Source: Fonticula-like sp. SCN 57-25 (taxonomy: Eukaryota). From it: 32,154 bases of DNA. Position numbers and translations under genes: made by a program. Below are positions 15,040-26,100 of this stretch, piece by piece. Within the stretch, counting starts at the first letter, position 1. Every line of letters starts with the position of its first letter. The notes beneath the pieces are model-generated. The model saw only the letters and a list, made by a program, of their open reading frames with translations, was not told the origin of the DNA and ran no database searches. The stretch is from assembly GCA_001724245.1 (NCBI GenBank), contig MEDX01000043.1, positions 1 through 32,154 on the forward strand, read 5' to 3'.

Positions 15040-16839
15040 ATGTTGAACGATGGCGGGAACGATGGTGCGGGCAAGGTGGAGAAGCGCCTGAAGCGGTACC
15101 GTTTCCTAACGTGGTTAATGCTGGTGGTTGGATACACCGGGATCTACTACTCGCGCACGTCTCTCTCGCTCGTCACGCCGGCGATCAAGGAGGAGGAAGG
15201 GTTTACCAACACGCAATGGGGAACGCTCGTCAGCGCAGGGTACTGCCAAGCACGCAAACGCACGCGGCACTAACACGCCCAATAGATACGCCGCTTATGT
15301 TCTTGGCAAGTTTATTCTGGGCCTTTTGGCTGACCGCTGGAATGGGCGCATTGTGCTGCTCCTGTCGCTGTCCATGTCGGCCATACTTATGGTCATGTTC
15401 ACTCTGTTTCAGGGAAGGTACGGGTCTTACTTGCAACGCTGCCGAGACGTGCTCACCTATATCTAGCCTCGCTGGCTACACCATCTCGTGGTGCCTGAGT
15501 AGGTTCTTCCAGGCCGGAGGCTGGGCCGGAGTAATGAAGGTCCTTGCGCAGTGGTACCCCAAGGCGTCGGTTGGCAAGGTTGTTGGCAGCCTGTCTCTGA
15601 GCTACATGCTTGGCGACTCGGTCGTTCGACTTTCATTAGGCGCGCTTCTTGCTCTTGATTTGGAGTGGCGCGAGGTGATCTGGGCATCGAGCGGCATTGC
15701 GTTCGCCATATTTCTGCTGAATGCGGCGTTCCTCCGCGAGTCGCCGGCCGCCTTCAATCTGCCTCCAGTCGTTTTCGAGGAGACGAAACCCCTACTGGAC
15801 AAGGATGGTGGCGATGAGAGCGATGACATTGATCCCAGTCGCTCTCTTAATTTTGGCTCTGCTGGTGTCGCCGATACCCAAAAGTGCGCCTCCATCTGCC
15901 CATGGCCAGGGCCGCCAGCTAACGCCGGACAGGGTGGCGCCGGTGCCTTTCCGGGAACTCATGGTCCCGCTTCTCCGAAGCGTTACTTTTTGGTCTCTTA
16001 TTATGCAGTCCATGTGCCTCACCATTATTCGCGAAACCATCAACACGTGGTCAACCGTCTTCTTCACCGAAGTGGTATGCCTTTTCTCACCCTGGCTCGG
16101 GCTTGCCGACTGACGCGGCCACTCCATCAGCTCGAGATGGACGATGACATGGCTGCTATGGCAAGTCTATTCTTCCCATTGGCCGGTACCTTTTCCGCTT
16201 TTCTCGGCGGGTACCTCGTCGACCGCATTCCCAGCAAGCATCGTGGTACGCCACTCAAACGATCAGTCCCACCCGACATCTCACGTATTTGCCCGATAAA
16301 GGCGGAATTTCGGCAACGTTCTGCGCCTTCCTCACGGTCAACCTGCTCGGAATTGTCTTTTTCATTGGCGACTTTACGAGCCCATCTACGACGGCCACTG
16401 CGCTCGGTCTTACGCTCATCTCTTCCCTCGGGCTTTTCCTGGTTGCCCCGTACTCGTTCCCGCACGGCGTCTTTTCTCTGGTATGCCCTCTGCTGCCCCT
16501 GTCGGCGCTGCCTCACCCCGTTTGAAGCAACTTGCGGGGCCACGCGCTGTCGGAACCGTGTCGTCGATCGTGAACGGCTCGGGCTACGCGGCCGCCATCG
16601 GCGCTGGCTACATCACGGGCGCCCTTTCAGACAACTATGGTTGGGACGTTGTGTTCATCTTTTTGACGGCGTGCTCGGCGCTCTGCTTCGCCGGCTGTTC
16701 GTACTTTTGGTACTGGGACACACAGTACGTGGCCCCTTTCCCTTTTGCCCCTTGCTAATCGTGGCGCAGCTCCCACAAGCCGCTTATTTCGTCAGACGAG
16801 AGGCCTCTGCTGAATGCAGCCGGCGAGGGCGACTCGTAA
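15040..16839 (+). CDS. MFS transporter, organophosphate:Pi antiporter family (GlpT/UhpT/SLC37-like), 8 exons
   Basis: Spliced product has GYTGIYYSRTSLS, YVLGKFILGLLADRWNGR, FFQAGGWAGVMKVLAQWYPK, GGYLVDRI and AVGTVSSIVNGSGY, with many hydrophobic segments; ends WDTHSHKPLISSDERPLLNAAGEGDS with TAA at 16837-16839. Confidence 0.85.
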
Positions 16840-16973
16840 GACACTAATTTTTTCCTACATCATGTAGCTATCGTGTATATATCGCAGGTCGTTCAATATC
16901 GACGAAATCCTGTGCTACGTGGACGTTCATCTAGAGGTAAACATTCTTGTATATTAGGAGCATAGATCAATAA

Positions 16974-18170
16974 CTAATAGCCGAAATGGGCGGAGACTTT
17001 TTTAATCTGCTCCCAGAACAAAAAGGTGAAGATGGTGTGCGGACCAATTCTCATGTAGTGCGCAAGCCAGCCCTTGAAAAAGCCACGTGCTCCTTCCACG
17101 CGATAAATCTTTGTCAGCGCGTCTATGGGCCTACGCACATTGCTGTTAGCATTTTCGCAAGCTCTACAAATCATATCCGTACCCTGTGTAGAGCTCGTTC
17201 TTGCCGCTTTGGTTGTACAAGCGGGTGCTGATGACGTCGAAAGGGTTCATGGTGGTCGCGACGCAGAGGCCGGTCACCATGCTAGCGACAACGTACGTAG
17301 TCGCAGAGTCTCCAAAATAGCCCGTGCCCATGATGCTGCGCTTGGCAATGTCGTACGTCATCAACTGGGTTGAAGAGCCTACGGCCGTGCGAAGCATGGC
17401 TGCGTCTGCGCCGCGCCAGAGGCCCCTCACGCCCTCAGTCCGGACTATGCTTGTAATGCCGGACCAGAGACCTATCGGGCCACCACGGTCAGCAGACGAT
17501 CTAGCAGCATATAGAGTGAAAAGAGCGCACCCGAGTACGCGTGCTGTGCACCCACGAGGCCGCCGGCGGACTGGAGGCGCGTCTTGATAAGGTAGAATGG
17601 CGATCCCGTCCACGCTCCAACCACGCCGCTCACAGCCTAGTGCAGCCAGTAAATGTAATGATCGGGAAGCAGCATAAAACGCGTACCGCTAGACTGATAT
17701 TGACAAAAAAGTTCTTCTCTGCGCCCTCAAAGTGCGAAGAAACGCTGCGGCGAAGGTAGTCGTAGAGTCCGAGGCGCGTCCCGTTCATGGCCAACTGGTA
17801 CACGAACGCGGTAATCAGGCCCTTTTGAAGCGCGAGCACGCCTTACAGATCCGAAGACGTAAGCCTCCTATTTGACGCACAGAGCACACCGCGTACCTTC
17901 CGTGCGCGCGACAACCTTGAACGCGGAAAGGACACCGTCATAGTGTTTTACGTATTGTCCCTGCCGCGCGAGCTCACCCTGCAGTTGCAACCTGATCTTG
18001 ACCACCTCGAGCGGGTTGGAGATCACGACCGCGCCGCACGACGCAAGGCCGCCCTGCAAAAAGTCTACAAAAAGGTTCTTTCGAGGTGCTGCCGCCGCGG
18101 GCAGACGAACTAGGCTCGACGATTCGCGCGACGCTGCAGTCGCGTCGCCCGCCGACGATATGCTCGACAT
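16974..18170 (-). CDS. Mitochondrial carrier, OAC1/SLC25A34/SLC25A35-like (5 exons)
   Basis: Three carrier repeats: NPLEVVKIRLQLQGEL, SPFYLIKTRLQS and NPFDVISTRLYNQ; also YQLAMNGTRLGLY, RTAVGSSTQL and KGWLAHYMRIGPHT, typical of this subfamily. Confidence 0.9.
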
Positions 18171-20033
18171 GGCACCAACGAACGGTTGGGGGCAACTGAC
18201 CAAGGTGGGAATCGATGTGAAAAATTAACAGTCGGTCGCTCACGCATGTCCATGCTGCGCGCTATAGGATACGGCTATAGTACTGGGGACGCAAGTCCTC
18301 TTCTTCTTCTTTGGCTGGATCTTTTTCATGTCCAAGCTCTTCAAGGACTATGAGATCCGCAGCATGGGCGTGCAGCTCGTGTTCTCGCTGACATTCGCCC
18401 TCTCCTGCACCATGTTTGAGCTCGTTATCTTTGAGATCATGGACGTTCTGGACGGCGGGTGCGCTTCTTATCTCCCATTCCTTCTGCGCCCACTCTTATC
18501 TCTCGCGCTGACACGCGGCGGCAGCTCGCGGCTGTTCCACTGGCGCATCGACCTATCAGTGATGCTGGCTCTCGTCACCGGGTTTATCCCCTTCCACATG
18601 CTATACCTTGTGTTCCTGGCACGGGACAAGAGTGCGCGCCTTGCTCTCTCCTTTCTCCCGTACTGAGCTGCGTCGTGTGCCGATAGACGCGCAGGTCCTG
18701 TCTCGTCTGTGGGCTCGCTGGGCGGCTGTCATCATCTTGTTTGGCCTCTACCTGTATTCGTTCTGGCGCGTCGGCTATCAGTTCCCCATCGCGAGCTCGC
18801 AGAGCGCCTCTGCCGGTGCGCCGTGCTCCTTTCATTCACCTCTTTGGCCCCGTTGCGCGACGCCTTTTGCTAACGCGTCCGTAGCGTCCTTTATGGAGCA
18901 GCTGCTGAGCCGCGTCGGCGTCATCGGTGTGACCATCATGGCCATCCTCTCGGGCTACGGTGCGGTGAACGGCCCATTCACATACATGACCTTCTTCATC
19001 CGAAGGACGTCGGTCGAGGACGTTCTCGACACGGAGCGGCGGCTTCTCCAAACAATTGAGATTATTTACAGCAGGAAGAAGAGGATCGCCATGCTCGAGC
19101 GGAAGCGCATCGCGGCGGCCGCCGAGGGGGTACGTGCTGCCGCTGCTATTGGACGCGGTCCCTGCTTCTTTTGATACTGACGCTGGCGGTGTGCGCTATC
19201 TAGTCGGGCGGGAACAAGGTCCTTGGGCATTTTGTGCGGCGCGTCTTCATGGGGGAAGGCGAGAGTGCGACATCTTGCTTCGCCTGCTCGCTTGAGATCT
19301 AACGGCCATTTGATAGGCGCCGACATTGCAAACCTGCAGACAGAGGTGGGCGGCCTAGAGAACTTGCAGCGCCAGCTCTTCTTGGAGCATGTGGACAAGA
19401 ATGCGAGCATCGACCGGATGGCCTTTTCCAAGACGCCGCTCGGCATCTACTACAACCTGCTCGGCTACTGTCTGTCCATCTACTGCGTGTACAAGCTTGT
19501 GATGGTGCGCGCCGTCTTTGCGTGTGGTTGGAAACGCTGACACGGTGGTGTTCCAGGCGGCGGTGAACATTATCTTTGACCGGCAGGGCAAAGTGGACCC
19601 GGTGACGCGCGGGCTCGAGATCCTGGTCGAGTACGTAGACCTCGACGTCGACGTTCCATTTTGGTCGCAGCACGTGTCATTCATCATGGTCGGCGTCATC
19701 GTAGTGACCAACATGCGCTCCTTTTTGCTGCAGCTCATGAAGGTGTTCCGCGCCGTGTCCAGCAGCGTCACAAGCAGTATTATCGTGCTGCTCATGGCCA
19801 TGGTCATGGGAATGTACTTTGTGTCGTCCGTCCTGCTCATGCGCATGAGCCTGCCGCTCGAGTACCGCACAATCCTTACAACAGTGCTCGGGAACCTCCA
19901 GTTTAGCTTTTACCACCGGTGGTTTGACGTCATCTTCCTCGTGTCGGGGCTCTCGTCCATCTTTTTGCTTTACGTCACCAATCAGCAGCAGCCGCGCGCA
20001 AGCGCCCTGCCCGCAGATATCAAGGACAAGTAG
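18169..20033 (+). CDS. GPR89: Golgi pH regulator / GPR89 (GTG-like) membrane protein; first exon uncertain
   Basis: QVLFFFFGWIFFMSKLFKDYEIR, TFALSCTMFELVIFEIMDVL, SRVGVIGVTIMAILSGYGAVNGPFTYM, FWSQHVSF, MGMYFVSSVLLMRMSLPLEYR and FYHRWFDVIFLVS. Coding from 18268 to TAG 20031-20033 is secure. The start at 18169 assumes an intron at 18205-18267. Confidence 0.9.
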
Positions 20034-20153
20034 GCGGCCATATAAAGATAATTGCTTAAAATCTCTGTGTATTATTTGTAATTGATTGGTAATGATGTGG
20101 AATATAAATGAATACGAAAAAATGGTAAAACAGCACAAGAACAGACCGTCCGC

Positions 20154-23100
20154 TTACTTGATGCGGAGGCGGGCCAGCGCCGCGTTCATCGTCGCGATGC
20201 CACCCTCGGCCTCGGGCGCCGACTGCGCCGTGGCGGGGCTCAGCTTGCACGATGCCACCGACTTGAGGAGCGATGCGCGAAGGCGCGTCGGCTGCACGCG
20301 GAACACGCACGAACGCTGCGCGTCAACAAACTGTGTCAGAATAAGCGCGACTGCCTGGTAGTACTGCCAGTCGACGCGCTCTACGCTCGTCTGGACCGGA
20401 CCGGTCATGGCAGAAGCGGCCTCGGCCGCCAGCAGGCCCGACATGATGTTGGGCATGAGCGGGATGTGCGGGACACCTGCGTGCACCGCCTTGGCTGACG
20501 CCTGCAGCGTCTCGTTCAGCTGCGAAATCTTTTCAGAAAACTCGCTCATCACCGGCAGCTGCGACACCGGGCCGCTGCGAAGGCCTGTCAGAACCGCGTT
20601 CGCCGAATGGAAGTTGTTGAGCTGCAGCAGCTGGGACACGAGGCCCACCATGTTGGCGGCGATCTTGCGCGCCCGGCGGGCGTCGGGCTCGTTGAGTAGG
20701 CAGCAGCACGTCCACTCGGAGACCTTGGCGGCGTGCTTGAGGAAGAGCATCAGCGAGGGGGTCTTGCTGGGCGTCGTCCACGCGCCGTGCACGAGATCGG
20801 TCATCGCAATGCCACGCAGAGCATCCGCGTCGGCCAGGGTAAGCTGATTGGCCACATCGTGCGGGCTAAAGTATGCAAGGGTGCTCTCAAAAGGCAACTC
20901 GCCTGTAGCTTGCTTCGCCTCCTCGGCATAAACATCGCGCGGCGGCGCGGCGGCGCGCGCCTTGGACGCCGCAAACGCCTCGCTCACGACGTGATTGTCG
21001 ATGAACTGGCCAAGGTCCTTACCGAGCAGGGGGCTCGCCGTCGAGACGGGGCCCTTTGCAAACTTGACGAGCTGCTCGACGAGCTGAGGGCGAGTCGCGA
21101 GGTCGGTCGCGCCACGGGCAATAATGTACTGCTTGATGAAGCTGATAACCCGCTTCTGTACCTTAGCGACGAGCAGCCGCTCATAGTCGGAGACAAACGC
21201 CTTCTTGGGTCCCTCGAAGCGCTCAATCATCTTCTCAATCAGCATCTCGGGCGTACAGATCGGGTCCATCGCCAGCAAAAAGTAGCGCTGGAGGTCCTGG
21301 TCGTCCAGCGACGCCTGGCCGTCAAGCGGCTGGGTGAGGTAGTTCACCAGGTGGTTCATGCTGCCGTTCGCGGGAGCGAGAATCTTGCCGTCCATGCCGC
21401 GGTTCGTCTTGAGCACGGCAATCTCGGACCAAACATTCTTGGCGCGGGCGGTCTGGCTCGCCGGCACCGAGGGCAACTCGAGCTCCTTTGAATGCTCGGC
21501 CAGAGCAGCAAACTTGACGTACGCGTCGTGTTTGGTCGTAGTCGGGGACGTAGGCGCTTCTTGCGGGTCGCGAAGCGCCTCCAGCGACCACCCAGCCTTG
21601 CCCTTCCATGTAGACTGCAGCGTGGGCTTGGCCGACGTCGAGATGCCGGGCGGGATCTGGCGCACGACACCCGTCTTTGAAGTGGATGGCGTGGTGGTCG
21701 GCGCCGAAGCGGCTGCCGGTCCGCTCGAGGCACGCACGGGAGGCTGGAGCACCTTGTCAAACATGGTACGCATAAAGTCATCCAAGGACGCGGACGACGC
21801 GCCAGGCGCGGTGGTCGGGCGCGCCGTTGCGACGCTGGAGAGAGCAGCGCCCATTCCGCTGTCGGCATCCGCCACAACGGCGGATGGCACAAGCAATGAC
21901 GCGGCGTCGGCGAGCAGCTCCATGCGGGCCGCCGACTCGTCCAACTTGCTCTTCAGCTGAGGGGTCACCTGGCCGGCCCGGACAATGTTATCGCATGCCG
22001 ACGAGACGGATGCGTTGGCAGCGCGCAGAGCAGGCGGAAGCTCGGACAAAAGCTCCTTGGAAAGACGGACGTTGTCCGCCACGGCGTCGTCCAGACCAGA
22101 CGGGCACAGCGTTACCTGATTCAGCAGCTTGGACAGCTGCTCCGTGGTCGACTTGGGGTTCGCCTTGATGTCGCGTAGCACTTGCGCGGCAACCTGGCGA
22201 ACCATCGCAGGGGCGTCAGACGACAAGAGAGACGCATGACGGTCCGCCTTGAGCGTGTCAATGACGCGCTGCGCCAGCCGCTCAACCTCGCTCGGCTTGG
22301 TGTTGGGGGCGCTCAGAGCAGCGCGCATCTCCTTGTCAAGGTCCCGCAGCTCCGACTTGCACTGATCGGCAACCTCGCGCAGACGGCGGGGCTCGTTGGC
22401 GAGAAGGTTCGAGACCGACTCGGAGAGCGCGCTGCCAGACGACGAGAGCGACGCCACGACCGGGGGCAGCATCGCAGCGTTGCCGTCGCCACCGGCGGTC
22501 GAGGACGCCTCCTTCACCAGCGACTTGACGCCGTCGCTCTCAAAGGCGACCGACATGGCGACGCCCTCGGGGGCGCCTACTCCGTTGCGAAGAGCAAACT
22601 TGGAGTACTGCGCAGCGATACCCTGTTCGGCAGAGATGGTAAAGCCCGCCTTTTTCAGGGCCTGGATAGCATCGGCCGGGTTGCGGCGGACGTCGGCCGA
22701 AGGAAGGAAATCGGCAGAAGAATCGAGCAAGCCCGCCAGCGTGTCGCGGACTCGAATCATGTTCTGCTGAACCGAAGGGTCGAGGTTCTGCGCGCGCTGG
22801 GCGGACGCTGAGGTAGCGAGCCGCCCGTAGGTAGTGCGTACGGCCTTGGGCAGCTCGATAGCAAGCTCGCGAAGGTTTTGGGCGGTGGTCTCGGCCGTCT
22901 TGTCAATCGAGCTGACGTAGTCCTTCATCTGGCTCTGAACGGTGGCAATGTCGCACAGCAGATCGGCAGCTGCAAGGTGAGGGTTGCTGTTGGGCTGCGT
23001 CGGCGCCTGCATCTGGTTGAGAAGCGCCCTCAACTTGGCCGACTTTACGTCGTCAAACGGAGTCGAGTTGACGTGGTTCAGCGCAAGGCGAGTGCCTTCC

Positions 23101-26100
23101 CTAAACCTGCGACGGAATGGCCCCAGCGAAGCAAGATCGGGAATGACGCCGACGCCGACTTCGAGACTCCTAAGATCACGCTCCAGCGATCTCAGCTTGC
23201 CCTGCTGCTCATACATGCCCTTCTTGGCAAGCTGCGCCTGCGTCGAGACTTCGGCCGCCGCCTTCTTTAGAGATTCGGCCATTGCCACAGACACCTCGGT
23301 AATGGCGGGCTCGGCCTCCTTCGTCGCGCGAACGGCTCCAGGAGCGTCGTCCTTATCAAGCAGAGCTGTCGCGACCACGTCCAGCGCAGACTGCGCGTTG
23401 TCGATGCCCAGCGCCAAACGATGATGCTCCGGGATCGGGCGAAGCCTGTGCTTGCGCGCGACCTCCTCAAGGCCAGCACCGACGTTGCGCTTAAACACTG
23501 GCGCGCGACCGGTCTTTTGCTGATCGAACCGGTTGACTGCGTTTGCTGCCTTGGAGATTCCTCCTGCCGGCACAAAGACGTGCGGAAGCAGCGAGCGGGC
23601 CGCGCCGTTCAGACTGGCAAGGCGGTCAGCGGACGCCTTTAGCTTATCGAGGCGACCAGCGCCAGGACCAAACTCGGCTACAAGGCGCGCGTTCGACTTC
23701 ACCTCGAGGGCGGCCTCACGTAGCGCGCGCGGGAGATCGCGCTCCAGGTCCCGAGCGGCCCGCTGCTTCTCAGCGACGCGACTGGGCAGACCATCGTGCA
23801 CCTCGTTTGCCAAGCGACGAGCCTCCCTAGCCAGATCGTCGATCTTTTCAAGCTCCAACGCGGCCTCTGCGGCATTCCGAGGCGTGGCGCCAGCGCGCTT
23901 TTGGCGGTTCAAAAACTGGCGGAGGGCGTCGCTTTGAATATCGTCAAACAGATCCTTGTTCTTGGTAGCATCGACGGCGCGCTGTGCCACCTCGCGGAAC
24001 TTTAGGCGGTACTCTGCGACATCCTTGACTTCCGCGGGCGTGAGCGGGATCCGCTTCCCGCGAAGATGCTTGACTTTCTTTTCGAGATCGTCAAGCTCCT
24101 TGAGCGCCGAACGCAACGAAGCGGCAGACCGCTCCGCGTCCTTGTCGAGACGCGCGGGAAGCGCACCAGCAGCATCACCAGCAGCTGTACCGACGTCATC
24201 CAACACAGGGATAACAGTCCCAATGGCGTCTTGGAGCTCGCGGGGCGTGAACCCGTCCTTGTTGCGCAAAAAAGCCTGCAGCCCGTCAATAGCGAGGCCG
24301 CTGCGGTCCACCTGCTTGGCAAGATTCTGCGCCGTCTGCTCGATGGGCGTTCCTTGATGACGCTTGAAGGCCTTCAGATGCATTTCCTCGCTCGTCTCCG
24401 GGAACGGCGCGTTCTTGGGGTCCCCGACCATCTGCTTGAGGTGGTTCTGCATTGCTTCCGTGTCGGGCTTCATGCCGCCGAGAGGCAACACCCACGCAGC
24501 AGTATCAACAAGTGCCTTTACTTGGTCAGCGGCTCCGAGCAAGCGCTCCTCGCGACCCTCACCTGCGCCCTTTGTCACGACATCGCTGGCGGCCACGATA
24601 AACGTATCATTGACCTGCCGTGCGACGGGCGGAAGAGCTTCCGCAAACTTGCGCAGAACCGCCTCGCTCTTGGCGGCAGAATCATCGATGCCCTGCTGGT
24701 AGGCCGCAATCGCATCGCGAGCTGCCGCGTTCTGGTCCAACAACTGCCTGATCTCGGCTTCAATCTCGGCAGCCGACTCGGCTGGCGCGTTGACGCGAGC
24801 CGCAGCGTCGTCGGCCTGCTTGTTCAAGGTTGACCGCAGGTTCTCCGTGCGCGGGTTGTTGAAAAAGTGCGGTGCTACCTCCAAAGCGACAGCATTAACA
24901 ACGCCATTGGTCCCTGCAAGCAGCACATCGCGGTGCTCCGCCAGAGCACTGCGGTCGGCGGCCGACGGCTGCCCTGAAGTCTTGACAGCGCGCAGAAGCT
25001 TGTCCAGCCCATCGGCGGAGCAGGCCAACGCAGCATCGTTCTTTGCGAGGACTTCCTTGGTGCGTTCCGCGACATCCTTTGTCATATCCGCCTCCTCCTT
25101 CAATGCCTCCGCGAGGGCCTGGCCGGCCTCCAGAATAGCAGGCTTGGCATTGTTCACCGCCTTGGCCAGACCGCCAGCAGAAAGCGCGCCCAGTACATTG
25201 TCGATCGACGAGTCTGCCTTGTCGGCAGTGCGCGCCACCTGGTGATGCTTGTCGGTCGCAACAGCGCCGCGATCAATCGCATCCTGCAGCTGCTGGACAT
25301 AGGTCGGGCGAATGCGGCCCGTCCGGCGATCGATCACGGAGGCATGGACGGTCAGCGCGTTGGCCTCGTGCATGACCCGCTTGGCGGCCTCAAGGGTGCT
25401 GGATGCACCGGCGCCCTTGACCGACAGGTTGCCGGCGGCTCCGGCGAGCTTGCCCATGCGGTCCATCACGGATAGCATGTGCTCGGCGCGACCAGAGCCA
25501 GGGCCTTTACGAGCAACCTCGTCCGCCGCAATCGTCAATTCGTCGTTCGCCTCGCGAATCTTTTGCGGAAGATCGCGAGCAAGGGCGTCGGCGTCGCTCG
25601 CCGCCAAATTACCCGCGCGGTCCGCGTCGCCGCGATACTCGGCCAGCGCCGCCTCCGTTTCAGCCGCCATCTTCTCGAGTTCGGCGAGCGCTTCGGGCGA
25701 GTTGTCGTCCTTGGCGTCGTCGAGCATACCGAGCTTTTGCTTCAAGAATGACCGAAGCTGCGCAGACATGACCGACGAGAGGAAATGGGGATCCTTCTCG
25801 ACATCATCGGTCATTGCCAAGAGAGCGGCGCGGAAGCGGCGACGAGCGGGACCTGCAGCATCCTCCGTCTCGGCCGACGCGACAGCAGCCTTGCTATCCG
25901 GGATCTTGTTGCGCAGAGTGCGGACAACATCCTTGACTCGCTGGACCTCGCCTTCGACTTCCTCTGCGAGGACAACAGCGCGGCGCTTTGAGGGCAGCAT
26001 ATCGGTCTTGCGCTTGGCCGCAGTACTGCACACGGGCGCTGGCATCCGAGCGGCAGAGTTTGTCACATTCTTGGCCAGGGCGGCAATAGTATGCCCCCCC

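Noticed and set aside
14832-16847. 671-aa plus-strand ORF as a single-exon gene
   Set aside because: It is a mosaic: only some segments are in the transporter frame and the rest is intron or off-frame exon. Seven canonical introns give a coherent MFS protein from 15040 to 16839.
15040-20033. Three adjacent membrane transport genes as a functional cluster
   Set aside because: They are unrelated families predicted for different compartments, and adjacency in such a compact genome is weak evidence.
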